Shown one piece after another: positions 49,207-61,984 of a stretch of DNA of 64,000 nucleotides. Source of the stretch: Vairimorpha necatrix (Eukaryota); assembly GCA_036630325.1 (NCBI GenBank), contig CP142734.1:124001-188000 (forward strand). The letters run 5' to 3'. The notes below the pieces were generated by a model. The model did no database searches. It was not told the DNA's origin and saw only the letters and a list, made by a program, of their open reading frames with translations. Within the stretch, counting starts at the first letter, position 1; each line of letters opens with the position of its first letter. Both the position numbers and the translations under genes were made by a program.

Positions 49207-49356
49207 GTAATATTTTGAATATATTTATTAAATAAGACTTAATATTTAAATAAGACTTATATTAGTTTATTTAAATTTTGTTTGTAAATTTAATATTTAG
49301 TATCTAAATTAAATAAATTAAATAAAGTATAATTTTTTATATAACTCAAGTATGGT

Positions 49357-50229
49357 TTAATTTTGCTTATGTATTATGGTCTCATTATGGAATATGTTCT
49401 TTATATTATATTTCTCATATGCTTTATTACTTATATTACAGTCTATTAAATATCCTTCTCTCCCTTTACATTCTTTTATATCACAGCCCAGTAGTAAATT
49501 TACACAATCAGGCTGGAGACTATTTACACCAAATACTAATTCATGATTTATATGATCTTCACTGAAATTAATACATATGAATTTAGTACTAATTATATTG
49601 TATATATAATTATTATTGTATATATATTTATATTTCTGTGTCTCTATGTTCTCACTTCCTTCTTCTAATTTTACACTGTAGTCTTTTACTAGTAAAATCC
49701 GCCCTAAAGAAAGGCCCACGCAGTTCAGGAGGAAATTAGTGCCCAATTTGATGAGGACACTCTTGAGGGGAGACTTGGCCCTTAAGATTTTATAAATCAT
49801 GAGGGAGGCCGAGGCGACGAACTCCTCCCTTGTGGGGCCCCAGACAGTAAAGCAGTCATTTAGTAATTCATAGTATGTTACCAAACTTAAAGACTCTTTA
49901 GTATGGTTGAGATTTATTTGGTCGAGATTTATTTGATCGAGATTTATTTGGTCGTGTTTGATTTGGTCGTGTTTAGTTTGATCAATCTTATCTTCTTCTT
50001 TATCAATCTTATCTTGTTCTTCTTTATCAATCTTATCTTCTTCAATTTCTTCGTCTGCTGTTAGGTCACATATCTCTAAGTCACTTACATCACATATATC
50101 AACTTTCTCCTCCTTATCCTCACTCATTATCACTAGATGCTCTCTAATACTGTCCCAATTCTTAAGGACTCCAAATACTTCCTTGTCTTTTATCTTGAAT
50201 TTCATTCTACAGCCAACAAAATCTTCCAT
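49357..50229 (-). CDS. EDC3: Edc3-like mRNA decapping enhancer (LSm plus divergent YjeF-N)
   Basis: N-terminal LSm-like pattern (FVGCRMKFKIKD..VFGVL...DVSDLEI); C-terminal YjeF-N-like segments (VLIKLGTN...GLSLGRILLVKDYSV; YLIDCNI). GACCCC-ATG start. Confidence 0.6.
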   Translation of the reverse strand: MEDFVGCRMKFKIKDKEVFGVLKNWDSIREHLVIMSEDKEEKVDICDVSDLEICDLTADEEIEEDKIDKEEQDKIDKEEDKIDQTKHDQIKHDQINLDQINLDQINLNHTKESLSLVTYYELLNDCFTVWGPTREEFVASASLMIYKILRAKSPLKSVLIKLGTNFLLNCVGLSLGRILLVKDYSVKLEEGSENIETQKYKYIYNNNYIYNIISTKFICINFSEDHINHELVFGVNSLQPDCVNLLLGCDIKECKGREGYLIDCNISNKAYEKYNIKNIFHNETIIHKQN

Positions 50230-50366
50230 GGGGTCAAAAAAAAATCAGCATAAAATATTATATCTATAATATTATATCTTTAATATTTTAGATATAATTA
50301 ATATTTTGTATAATATTATAGAGATAATATTAATTATAGAGATAATATTTTGTATCCATATTTTAT

Positions 50367-50633
50367 ATGGATAAGAAAAGGAAATGTCTTAAGGAAATTA
50401 CAAATACAAGGAATAATAAAGAAATAGAGTACGGGTATGAAGTCAGAGATGAGGAGATCATGGACTTAGACATACTAACTGAAAATGAAGAAGATCTTGA
50501 AGAAGAAGATATTATTGAAGAAGAAGATATTGAATATGGATATGTAGTAGAAGATGAGGAGATCATGGAACTAGACTTAATATCAAGTGAAGAGATCGAA
50601 TTCTACAAAGACTTCTTTATACCAAATTTCTAA
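50367..50633 (+). CDS. Small acidic protein with a D-box-like motif; candidate securin
   Basis: 88 aa; RKCLKEITN (RxxLxxxxN) and a duplicated (E/D)IEYGYxVxDEEIMxLD. Confidence 0.65.
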   Translation: MDKKRKCLKEITNTRNNKEIEYGYEVRDEEIMDLDILTENEEDLEEEDIIEEEDIEYGYVVEDEEIMELDLISSEEIEFYKDFFIPNF

Positions 50634-50784
50634 ATAAAATATATAAATATGTATAAATTAAATATATGTTATATATAAATAAAATATAAATATAATGTTT
50701 TATATATACATATAATGTTATATAAATATAATGTTATATATATAAATATGTTATATAAAATATATTTAAATTCTCTCCTTTTTC

Positions 50785-50794
50785 TTCCCTTATG
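50785..50794 (+). promoter_or_regulatory. Representative microsporidian CCC motif upstream of the ATG
   Basis: TTCCCTT-ATG here; a CCC run also lies within about 12 nt of the ATGs at 2184, 8795, 15637, 23468, 27182, 29012, 33681, 34963, 40318, 42183, 45937, 47920, 50229 and 61148. Confidence 0.75.
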
Positions 50795-52861
50795 AAAAGT
50801 AACAAATACACTAGAGACTTGGAAAATGATGACAGTTTTATAAACACGGTCTACCAGAGTAAAGAGTCATCAAATAATAGTGACATAGAATTCTTAGAGT
50901 GTATAAAGTCACTAGACAGTGACAACATAATAGAAAGAGCAGATAAATTTATAGAGAATTATTCAGAAGATGAGATAGAAATAATAAATAAAGATATAAA
51001 TTATAATGAATATATTGAATATGAAAATTTTGAATCTGATATAAATGAATATGAGATGAACTCTTACGACATAAATCAGATTGATAATAATTCTTCATCT
51101 CCACAATTGTACTACTTGAGACACATTTTTAAACTAGAAAAATTTAGACCAAATCAGGAAGAAATTATCTCTTCTATTCTAAAAAATAAAAATGTCTTCG
51201 TCCTTATGCCTACTGGTGGTGGGAAATCTCTATGTTACCAAATACCCTCTTTAATATCTCCTGGTATCTCTATAATTATAAGTCCTCTTCTTTCTTTAGT
51301 CCATGACCAAATTTCTAATTTATTAAAAAAAAACATTTTAGCTTTACCTTTTAACTCAACATTAAATAATAATGAAAAAAAAATGGTACTGGAAAATATG
51401 TCTAAAGGTATCATAAAAATTTATTATCTAACTCCTGAATCTTTATGTACTAATTTTATATTAGAAAAAAAATTAAAAGAATTAGAAAAAAAAAATTTAT
51501 TAAGTAGATTTATTATTGATGAAGCACATTGTGTATCACAATGGGGTCACGATTTTAGACCTGATTATATAGAAATTAAAAAAATTAGAAATATTTATCC
51601 GTCAGTGCCTGTAGTGGCACTGACTGCTACTGCTACTCCTAAAGTAGAATTAGATATTTTAACAAATTTACAAATAACTAATGCGGAAATATTTAAACAA
51701 AGTTTTAATAGAGAAAATCTCAAATATTTTGTAAAATTAAAAACTAAAACTGTGGAAATTGATATAGTCACATTTATAATAAGTCATTATAAAAATGAAT
51801 GTGGTATAATTTATTGTACAAGTAAAAAAGAATGCGAAATGATATCAGAAAAACTTAATAAACATTTAAAAACTGCTTTTTATCACGCAGGATTAACAAA
51901 AAAAGAAAGAATTAGTGTACAAAGTATGTGGAATGAAAATAAATTTAAAATTATAGTAGCTACTATAGCATTTGGTATGGGTATAGATAAAAAAGATGTA
52001 AGATTTGTTATACATTATAGTATACCGAAAAGTTTAGAAGGATATTATCAAGAAACTGGTAGAGCAGGAAGAGATGGTAAAGAAAGTGTATGTATTTTAT
52101 ATTATACTTATAGTGATAAAAAAAAATTAGATTATATGATAAATATGAATAAAGATTTAAAACAAAAACAAAGACAAAGAGATGAATTAAGAGATGTAAT
52201 AAGATTTTGTGAGAATAAAACTGATTGTAGAAGAAGTTTAATTTTAAGTTATTTTAGTGAAAAATTTGATAGTAAAAAATGTCAAAAAGGTTGTGATAAT
52301 TGTATGATAAAAAATAAAATGGAAGTAAAAGATTATACGAAAGAAGCTAGAGAAATATGGGAATTAGTTAAATATAAATTGAGTATACATCAGATTATAG
52401 ATATTTATAGAGGAATAGGTAGTAAAAAAGTAGATTCGGAGTATCAAGGGAAAGGAAAACATTTAAAAAGAATAGAAGTTGAGAGAATAGTGACACAAAT
52501 GGTGGTGAAAGGACATTTAGAAGAAAAAAGTGAAGTAAATGGGATGGGGTACTCTTGGTCATATTTGGTACACAAACAAAATGTAAAGAAATTTGAACTA
52601 CATGAGGAAATAAAAGAAGAAAGTACAACCAAAAGTAAGAATACTCAGAGTGGCAACATAGTAAAGAAAAGTAAAGTTGAGAAGAACACAAATGTAGTGA
52701 AGAAAAGTAAGATCGACAAGAACGTGACTAAAAGTAAAGTTGAGAAAAGTAAAGTTGAAAAAAGTAAAGTTGAGAAGAACGTGACTCAAAGTAAAATGAC
52801 AGAAAAAATATTAAAATCTGATGATGACGACATACAAATAATTAATAAGAGAAAAAATTAA
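50792..52861 (+). CDS. SGS1: RecQ-family DNA helicase (Sgs1/BLM-like)
   Basis: MPTGGGKSLCYQ, DEAHCVSQWGHDFRPDY, TATAT, ATIAFGMGIDK, YYQETGRAGRDG, RQC Cys cluster; Lys-rich KSKVEK repeats at the C-terminus. Confidence 0.95.
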   Translation: MKSNKYTRDLENDDSFINTVYQSKESSNNSDIEFLECIKSLDSDNIIERADKFIENYSEDEIEIINKDINYNEYIEYENFESDINEYEMNSYDINQIDNNSSSPQLYYLRHIFKLEKFRPNQEEIISSILKNKNVFVLMPTGGGKSLCYQIPSLISPGISIIISPLLSLVHDQISNLLKKNILALPFNSTLNNNEKKMVLENMSKGIIKIYYLTPESLCTNFILEKKLKELEKKNLLSRFIIDEAHCVSQWGHDFRPDYIEIKKIRNIYPSVPVVALTATATPKVELDILTNLQITNAEIFKQSFNRENLKYFVKLKTKTVEIDIVTFIISHYKNECGIIYCTSKKECEMISEKLNKHLKTAFYHAGLTKKERISVQSMWNENKFKIIVATIAFGMGIDKKDVRFVIHYSIPKSLEGYYQETGRAGRDGKESVCILYYTYSDKKKLDYMINMNKDLKQKQRQRDELRDVIRFCENKTDCRRSLILSYFSEKFDSKKCQKGCDNCMIKNKMEVKDYTKEAREIWELVKYKLSIHQIIDIYRGIGSKKVDSEYQGKGKHLKRIEVERIVTQMVVKGHLEEKSEVNGMGYSWSYLVHKQNVKKFELHEEIKEESTTKSKNTQSGNIVKKSKVEKNTNVVKKSKIDKNVTKSKVEKSKVEKSKVEKNVTQSKMTEKILKSDDDDIQIINKRKN

Positions 52862-54199
52862 ACAACTAATAAATTTATATAAAATAACTAGTATTTAAAA
52901 AAGTGAGCCTATATTATAACATACGTAGAAATTTAAAAAAAGCAGACATGGTCTTGATGCTTATCATAAACAGACAAGAGTCTTTTTAATGTGAAAGCTT
53001 GACTGTGTCAAGCAGACAAGAATGATAAAAAAATATTAGAGAATGTCTAAGCGAATTCTAGATTTTAAAGAGGAAATGAGCATATAAACAAAATAAGGCA
53101 TTGTACTCTAGAAAGTATAATATTGTAGTAGAATGAAAAATATTAGAAAAACAACATGTCGAATATTTAAATGGACTTTGCTATATTTGACACGTGTTAC
53201 GCTTATTTCTAATGTTTTATACATTAAAAATATGTCTTATTCTCGACGAGAGCCAATTTCATTTAAAATCTACCATTACTGTAAATGTTAATTTATGAAA
53301 AGGTCAACATTGAGATTATAAATAAGCTTAGTCAGTAAACTATACTAATATATAAGTTTATGATATGTAATATATTTTTTTTTGGCTTATAAATATTAGC
53401 TTATTTTGATGTATCATATTTTATCTAACTATGTTTATATCCTCTTTAATTTAATTATAAAAAAGTCAAAAGACAAATCTGTAAATATTACTAAAAAATA
53501 GACCCAGTAATTCGAAATAAACAAAATTCCTATGAACTAATGATATTATTATAGATATTGAATTTAAAATAGACTCTAAATGAGCATGGTAAAAAAAAAC
53601 TCTGGTATTAAATTATTCGATAAAAGATACATAAAAATAAGTCTATTTGATAAAAAAGAGATTGCTGTAAAGAAGATAAATTATATAAAAGAGTCAATCT
53701 CTCAGTATTATTAAAGTAAAACATACGTGAAAAAAATCTATGTTTATAAATTTATATAATTAATGGCTAGTATCATTGTTTAATTTACGAAGAATTGTTC
53801 AAAAAGAAATATATACTGTAAACTTTCTATAGTATAATCCAGACAGGTCGTGTTTTTTATATGTGTACAAAAAATACTATACAAAAAACCAAGCAAATCT
53901 GCATTAGTGTAAAAAAATAACAAATGATAAGTAATTAAGAAATTGTGAGTGATATAAAAAAAAATATAAACTGAAATGAGCAAAATGTAGCCCAAAGATC
54001 ATTAAAAAGTTGCTTATATAAAAAACAAGCCCAGAAATTTAATAAATAATTTATTTAAAAAAGTAAAGTGAGCATTTAAAATGTAAGAATGTTAATTTGT
54101 AGATCTTTCTAATTAAAGTAATTCATATTTAAAGTTGTCGGGCTATTATGATCAAAAAGAAAGTAACACCTTAAAAAAAATTATATAAATTAATTTTTT

Positions 54200-54560
54200 G
54201 ACAGATAGGAGCAATTAAATCCTTGTAAGATAGATATCAAGAAATCGGCTCTAAATACCTTACAAGTGATTGAATATGGGTTCTTAGTTCGAAATTGTAG
54301 AAATAATTGAAACAAAAAAGACATTCATCGAGATTGTCAATAAAATAAACAAGGATCGTTGCTTTAGGTTTTACAAAAGCATGTAAGTATTAGATCTATC
54401 ATTATTCTGTTATGTAAAGGGCCTACCTAACCCTCAAAGTATGACTTTAAGATCATAAAACTGCGAGTACAGATCAAATATTTCGAAATATCTAAACCTG
54501 TGTATAAACAAACATCATAGATGTAATATGTAGGCCATTAAAAGCAATATTGTTCATTTG
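54200..54560 (+). pseudogene. Highly degenerate Merlin-like transposase remnant
   Basis: Fragments WVL...ETKKTFIEIVNK plus RAY-like and TNII-like motifs in the expected order. Confidence 0.35.
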
Positions 54561-56781
54561 GGGGAGGAAATATCCCCTTTACAGATATATTTGACTCTCT
54601 ATATAATTAGAAGAAATGAAGCCCCAAGATAACTCATAAGCAATATTAAAATTATTTTTTGATATGTTTTTACTATTATAAATCTTAATTTAAAACACTA
54701 TTATATAAATATTAAGATTTAGATTGTTGCGTAAGAAGTCTCAACTTTTTTTTTACTCTAATGCTGATATTAGGCCTCATGTCTATCGATGTAAAATTTT
54801 TATATTCATTTAATTTGACAAATTTTACTATAATTTAATAGTATAAATTCGTAATTTTAAATCTCTTTTATCATAAAGATAAGTGATTTTCAAGAAACAA
54901 TAATCAACAAAAAAACTTATTTCAAGCATGTGAGATTAATATTTTTTTATTTAAAGAAATGTATAAGTTTGGTAATCGAAATTTTAAAAGATTGTTTAAA
55001 AACACGTAAAGGCAACATCATAAGTCATAAAAAGTACAATTGATAATTCTTAAATTACTAAAAATCCATATGTATGCTTCTGTAATACAATAAAAAACCA
55101 TTTAAAAGAATAAAAAAAATAAAGAGAAAATTTAAACAATTCATCTTGTATTTTTAAAGTTTATTATATCAGATTTAATTCTTTTTCTTCAAAAACAAAA
55201 AAATTTCTACCTTGGATCGATTAAATTGGGGGGGGGGGGTTTCATAATCAGCGACACAATTTATTGGTGTATATTTATAACGTTAACATTTGCTATTAGA
55301 ATTGAAAAAAAAAAATATGCGATTATCGTTCATTTATAAATACAATATGAGCATCCAATATATTTAGTCTTTAATATATGTAAAATCTAGAGGATACATT
55401 CTCAATAAAAGTTTATAAAAACTACCTGCTTAGAAAAAAAATTATAAAAATGAAACAATAGCGCCCTGATTACATTTAAAGTAGTATATATTCCGACAAG
55501 CCTTGGCAAAAAAACAGAATAATAAGAGAATATAAATTCAAAAAAATATTCAATTTTAAATACAAATATTACGATTTATGTATGGACTGCGATATTTACA
55601 AGTAAAAAAAGAATTATTTTTTATCGTGACAATATAATATTTATTTGTTGCTAAAATTATACTATAATACGTAAATAAGACATTTTTAAAATCCAAATAA
55701 TAATTTTTATAAAAATTACTTATCTATGCTCTTTATGTCTTCAATTTACACATATTTTCTATATTTTGAATTAAGAATTTGACACTGCTACTGAAAAAAA
55801 CTAGTCACTAAGACTCCACTATAGAGACATGTCGTCTGAAAATAGATACTACAATAATTTAATCAGATGTAAGTTAAAAGATACAGGGTATTGGTATAAA
55901 TTAGTTAAATATGATATATAACCAAAACAAGGGACTAAATTGTAAGTTAACAATTTAATAAACAAACACCTTAATTGGTACTTCGACCTTATGGGTATTA
56001 ATTAAAAAACTCAATATACTTTACAAATTTCTTCTTTTACATGAATACAAACAAATTATGTCGTATCTTTTTTGCTTCTTTTAAAAACAATTATGCAACG
56101 CCTTATAATTACTAAACATACAATAATATTATGCAAAACAAAGTTATGTATTTGAATATCTATTTCAAAGTTCAAGTTTATCTTAAATTTATTCTAAAAG
56201 CTAGCTTTAGTTTACAACATCACACTTTATTAAAATTTAAAATATATCACTGCAATTACGTGTATGATTTTTTTTAAATTTCTAAGTAAATTATCTTTAT
56301 TTAAAGCATTAAGATGATCTAAAATTCATTATGATCTATTTTTTTTTTGAATAAAGCATATTTTTATGCTCAATAAACTTGTATCAATTATAATTAGCAG
56401 TTTTTTGTTTTAAAAATTTTTATTTTTATGTGTATGCATATTAGTAAATAAAAATTTCTAATTAATAGAAATATCTCGGGCAAGGGAATTATCACAAGCA
56501 CACAAAATAATGAGAGACTCTTTATTTAAATAATTATAGAAATTTACATTTTTTTTTAATGCCTAAAAAACCTAAGATTATATCTCAAAAAGATTATACA
56601 AAAGCAATTTAACAATGAACAGTGAATATATGTAAGAGATTACGATATGTAATTTATTAGTCGATTTTATATCCGACAAAAACCCGAATCCATATGATTT
56701 TTAAATTTAAATAATTATATTTAAATAGTTAATGCAAAATTCACGAAAAATTAAGTTAAATTTAAAGTTTATATGTTATAT

Positions 56782-57780
56782 TTATGATTTTAAAATCTTA
56801 ATTTTTTTATAACTATCTTTAAAGCTATTCCATATGAACAATCCTAATGATAAAAACGTTGCACTACAAAAAATATAATCAAAACTTTCAAAAGGCAATT
56901 TCTTATTATTGTCATCGTCTTCGCTATCCGATGAAGATTTATTGTCGAAGAAGTCATCGGTGTTTTTATTCATATTTTTCTTATCTATATTTCGATTAAA
57001 TCTTTCGTTTTTATTTTTAAGTTCAGTATTGTTTTCTTCTTCTATATTAATATCAGGGACATCACATTTTGTAGTTGCAGTTGCTTCATTATCTTCTGTA
57101 TCAGTTTTTCTAACAGTATTATTTAAACAATCCATTATTAGAATACTTTCTTTTAGACCATGGTTTTCAAATTTTGATAAATTACTAGAAGTACCTAAAC
57201 AAGTAAATTGATCAAGAATATCGCATAATTTATCAAAATTGTCTTTATTCATATCCAAGCTCTTTTTACTTATTAAATCTAGAATACCATATAAATCTTC
57301 ACGATCTAAACAAATAGATTGCGAATGTTCCCATGAAAGTACCTGTGTCTTTTTTTTAAAAGAAATTATTTCAAAACAGAAATTTTTGTATACTTGCATA
57401 TCAAACGTGAATTTATAATATTTAGCACAAGCAATAAGATTTTTGTATAGTTTCTTGTTTGTAATCTCAGATGCCAAATCTCTAATTTTTTCATGATCTT
57501 CGATATTTACTTTTTGTAAAAGACGACCATTTTTGATAGTCATTGTGAAGTACCTTTTGATATCTTCAAAATGTGTTTTTGATATAAATAAAAAATCAAT
57601 ATTCCTAGAAAGAAAAAATCTATAGTCAGATAATTTGTCAGCTGTATTGGAAACACCAATGAAAACTTCACAAATATTATTCTCTCTATGTTTTACAAAG
57701 AAAAATAATTTGCAATATTCAAAAGGAAAATATATTAATGTTTTCAAAAACATGAGGGCCAAAATCAACATTATAAACAT
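56782..57780 (-). CDS. Hypothetical protein, family C (signal peptide-like start, C-terminal TM helix)
   Basis: 332 aa; shares C..F.F.K, CE..IG, FF.SR, DH..IR, C..YYK..FD and WEH with 61148. Confidence 0.85.
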   Translation of the reverse strand: MFIMLILALMFLKTLIYFPFEYCKLFFFVKHRENNICEVFIGVSNTADKLSDYRFFLSRNIDFLFISKTHFEDIKRYFTMTIKNGRLLQKVNIEDHEKIRDLASEITNKKLYKNLIACAKYYKFTFDMQVYKNFCFEIISFKKKTQVLSWEHSQSICLDREDLYGILDLISKKSLDMNKDNFDKLCDILDQFTCLGTSSNLSKFENHGLKESILIMDCLNNTVRKTDTEDNEATATTKCDVPDINIEEENNTELKNKNERFNRNIDKKNMNKNTDDFFDNKSSSDSEDDDNNKKLPFESFDYIFCSATFLSLGLFIWNSFKDSYKKIKILKS

Positions 57781-60700
57781 ACTATTTTTGATTATTCAGA
57801 AGAGATATTAATTAAAATATGTCAACTTATAAATTAAACTGCTAAATTGAGAATACTAGCATTAATTGTTATACTATGATGGGAAATAAAATTTTAAAGT
57901 TTTAAAAAATACAATACAATTAAATATCTGTTGATATGACGACAATAACTTCCAAAAATGATTAATAATAGATTTTTTGTACTGTAATTTTTTTTAGATC
58001 ATATATTATTTAGTGTTAGGATTTATAATTTCAACCATTCTGTAATCTAAAAATTTTGTTTATGGTAATGTTAAGATCTTCGTAAATAATACGTGTCGTT
58101 CCATAAAAATGATTATAATTCGTTTTTTACTTTAATTACTACATATGTTAAAGCATTTTACAATATTTTTATCAGTTTTTCTCAATGACCATTGCTACAG
58201 CACCACAAAAATTATCTTAATCGAGAATGCACATTACTTTTACATTCTTTGATTTTTGATTTGTAGTTAATTAGATACATAAATCCAGAATTTAGCACAA
58301 AAAATAACTATTCATCAACTAAATCAAAATCACAATTATATTGAATTTTTTTTAAACATCAAAACAAAATAATTATTAACCTTTATTTCGTAGCATGATA
58401 TATTTTAAATAAGCGAAAATTAGAGATAAAATTATAATTTTAACCTTTTTACAAAAAAAAACACCATTATATTAGAATAATAAAAATGATTTAATACTAG
58501 TTATATGTAAGAATATTTAAACAAAATTTTATCAGCAATTTTGTAAATAAAACAATGCTAATATATGCGGATATATTTGTTTTTAATTTAATCTAAAAGA
58601 AAAAACCTGTATAGGGGAACCTTATAGGTTGGAATATTTATTGAAATACTGTCAAAACAATAAACAGAATGCAAAAAAACTATTTCTAAACAAATTATAA
58701 TTATCAAAAAAGCACGAAATAATACACTTTTCAGATATACAACTACTTGGAAATAAGACAACATAAATAGTAAAAGTGGCAATAGTCTAAATTCGAGACC
58801 GGAATCCATAAAATCGCAATCTCAAGCAAACGACTTTGTTTCAAGACATCAAAAAAAAATTTTAATGGAGCAATTACGGTATTTCTGACGTTAAAAAGAC
58901 ACGACTCAAATCGTAGATAGCCTATGGTGGATTTAATTCTAAGAAAATAACAAAACACATAGAATTTGGAAATATTTTTATTTTGGTATTATTTAATTGT
59001 TGTTATTATTGACCATTTTTTGTTGTGAATAATTTTTAACCTAGTTAAATTATAAAATTAGAACCAATAATTTTATAAAACAAGCTCGAAATTTAATAAA
59101 ATTTACACAGACGTATTAAATTTTGTTTTTAATTTGATTCAGATACAATAATCTAATTTTGTGTTAGTAATTAAATTTTTTTTGAGACTATTGATATGAA
59201 GATCTTATAATAACGAAAAAAATTAGCAAGTTGTATACCAAGAAGAATTGTTATTTTATGCAGTATATACAACAATATAAAGATAACTCTAGATAAAAAC
59301 TATATAAATAATTATATTCTAGAACCTTGATGTTTGGCTATACTTTATCATCAAAAGATTCTATTTTCAAGGGATTTTTTTCGAATTGTTAGGATTTTTT
59401 GAGGAATTCGAATGAAGATACTGTCTTCTTGCAAGGATTAAAACATATGTGAATAGATTTTCAAGATATATTAAACTAGTTTTGTTTAATTGTTAAATAT
59501 CAGATGTTTTTGGTATTAACGATTTTATACTTTCTAAAAATTAATAATCTGTGGCATGGTTGGCTGTAATATAACATGCATAAAAATATCTATAAATTCC
59601 ATTAACATAATCACTTAGAAAATAACATACAAACTACAGGAATCTATAAAAACTTTACATCCTATTAGGAGATAATTGTCATTAGTTGCAATAACTTGAA
59701 AATAACAATACAAGTTATTATAATGAGATAGTTTCAGAAATCGTGGATTGATTATTGCCCATAGAGTTATATATGTGAAATTTTAAAGCAAAACGCCACG
59801 TGTATATGGTGGTTTACATCTTTGTGGATAAGAATAGGAAACAGAGATTTGCCTAAATCAATATTTATTTGTAAGTAGAGTTATATGTAGTCTCATCACA
59901 ACCAAAACAAAGAATAAAAAATTTTTGTCAATGTGTGAGATTCATTAAGATTAAATTATATAAAGAAGTCTCACAGCCCCAAAAATGCGCATGGTCTATC
60001 CTACCTACAACTGCATGATTTTTATTAAATTAAAAAAAAAAGTATATCTGTGATGATATTTTTTCTAAAATGCTTTGGTCATTCGTATGCAGACAAATAA
60101 AGTCGAACAAAAAACAAAAGAAAATATTTATAAAATATGCCATTTCAAAGGACAAGACAATTACATATAAACCATGGCGCAGCGTATATTCAATGTAAAA
60201 ATTTTGCGATTTTAATACGTTGTTTTTTTCTAAAGTGCTTGCTTTTTAGAAAATTACAAGTTTAATTTATTATACAAATCTAACACAGTAAGAAGTCTAT
60301 AATCAAAATTTGAAGAATTACCTGGGCATTTAAACACCATTTTTTATAATGATGTAGACATAATAATTTGATGTGGGTGGGAGTTCGAATTTGTGTAGTC
60401 ATTTTAATTCAAACATAAATTTTTTATGATAGTAGCAGTTAAAAAAAATAGACTTTACTAAAGAATCATTATATAAATAACCCTCAACTTTTTACTCAGA
60501 GATGTTTTTCACACGTTAAATTAAATATTTTAAACTTTAAAAAAAATGTTTTTTAACATTTTTATCTTATAAAAGTATATAGTATTTAATGCCTGTTCAT
60601 AGGGTATTTTATCATTTGAGATTTCTTAACTAAAATATATCTGTCCATATTATATTTCCTGAAGATTAATTATTATAGGTTATTCATATACAAAATATTG

Positions 60701-61147
60701 ATGATATCTGTAAATCTAAATTGCAAATGACTATTAGTGATTGGATTAACGATCTAACAACACGAATATTCTTTTATTAAAAACGGGTCTGCCTGATGAA
60801 AATGCTACAATTAATAACACAACTTTTGACCCTGTTGTAACTTTCTGTACGTGTATAATAATAATATTTAATTATTGTTGACGTTGATTGTATGAATATA
60901 ACTTCTTTTTGTTCTACAAGACTTTTATAATTTAGACTTTAATCACAATAAAGTTGATCGATGCATTCTTTTGCTGTATTTATCATAAATATTAAATTTA
61001 TTGAATTCTAAAAAATGAAAAATTTATATTAAACTAAATATTATAAATATAATCTTGTTTTTATAAGTTACGAGCGAAGATTAATTAATATATTGTCACT
61101 ACAACATTGTATTAATTTGTTTTATTTATCAAAATTTAAAATACCCC

Positions 61148-61984
61148 ATGTTTTGGAATGTATTAATTTCTATTCTTTTTGGACATTGTGACGAGTTTTT
61201 ATTTTTAAAATATGATGATGGTACGAATTTTTGTGAACTTTATATTGGCGATTCTATCGATAATAATTATTCCAGTATGGATTCATTTTTTGTCTCAAGA
61301 GATGTAAATGTATTATCAAGAATATTTAATGAAAATTGGTCTTTCAAAAATATTATATTATATCTAAGAAATAGTTGTGAATGTTGTAATAAGGTGGATC
61401 CAAAAGATCATGATGAAATAAGGAAAATCGCATTGGTGATCAAAGATAAGGTATTTTACAACAATTTTATTAATTGTGGCGTTTATTACAAATACAAATT
61501 TGATTTAAGTGACCACAAAAAATTTTTTATAAATAAAACTTCTATGGTAAGCGAAGAAGATTATTTAACATGGGAACATACAGAAGTGTATCATATTAAT
61601 TCTCAAGATCTTTATGAAAAAATTGACCTGAAAAATAAGAAGTTTTATGATATGAAAACTCAACCATTAGACTTTCTTGTTACTAATATAAACGATTTGT
61701 ATGAGTTAACTGCTTTTATTAACTCAGACATGAATGCCTCAATATTAAGTGTCATTCAGGATCCTGATCGAAAAGCAATGAATAACAATCTTTCTAATTA
61801 TATTGCTACCAAAAAAAAAGCAGAAAAAGAAGAAAAATTATTGCTTTCTAAAGAACAAGAAAATACTGATGAAAAAGAAATAGATTTAAATCTACTAATA
61901 AAAGATATTCTTCATTCTAGTAAAAGAATTTTTAGAAAACTTATAACCTTGTCAAGGGAGAATATAGTTAATGATAATAAATAA
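61148..61984 (+). CDS. Hypothetical secreted protein, family C
   Basis: TACCCC-ATG; MFWNVLISILFGHC; paralog of 56782-57780 without the C-terminal hydrophobic helix. Confidence 0.85.
   Translation: MFWNVLISILFGHCDEFLFLKYDDGTNFCELYIGDSIDNNYSSMDSFFVSRDVNVLSRIFNENWSFKNIILYLRNSCECCNKVDPKDHDEIRKIALVIKDKVFYNNFINCGVYYKYKFDLSDHKKFFINKTSMVSEEDYLTWEHTEVYHINSQDLYEKIDLKNKKFYDMKTQPLDFLVTNINDLYELTAFINSDMNASILSVIQDPDRKAMNNNLSNYIATKKKAEKEEKLLLSKEQENTDEKEIDLNLLIKDILHSSKRIFRKLITLSRENIVNDNK

Noticed and set aside
58588-58958. Two overlapping short hydrophobic minus-strand ORFs
   Set aside because: No CCC-ATG context or recognisable homology; may be a gene relic but unsupported.
60370-60400. GTTCGAAT T-loop-like motif suggesting a tRNA
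   Set aside because: No cloverleaf stems could be formed.
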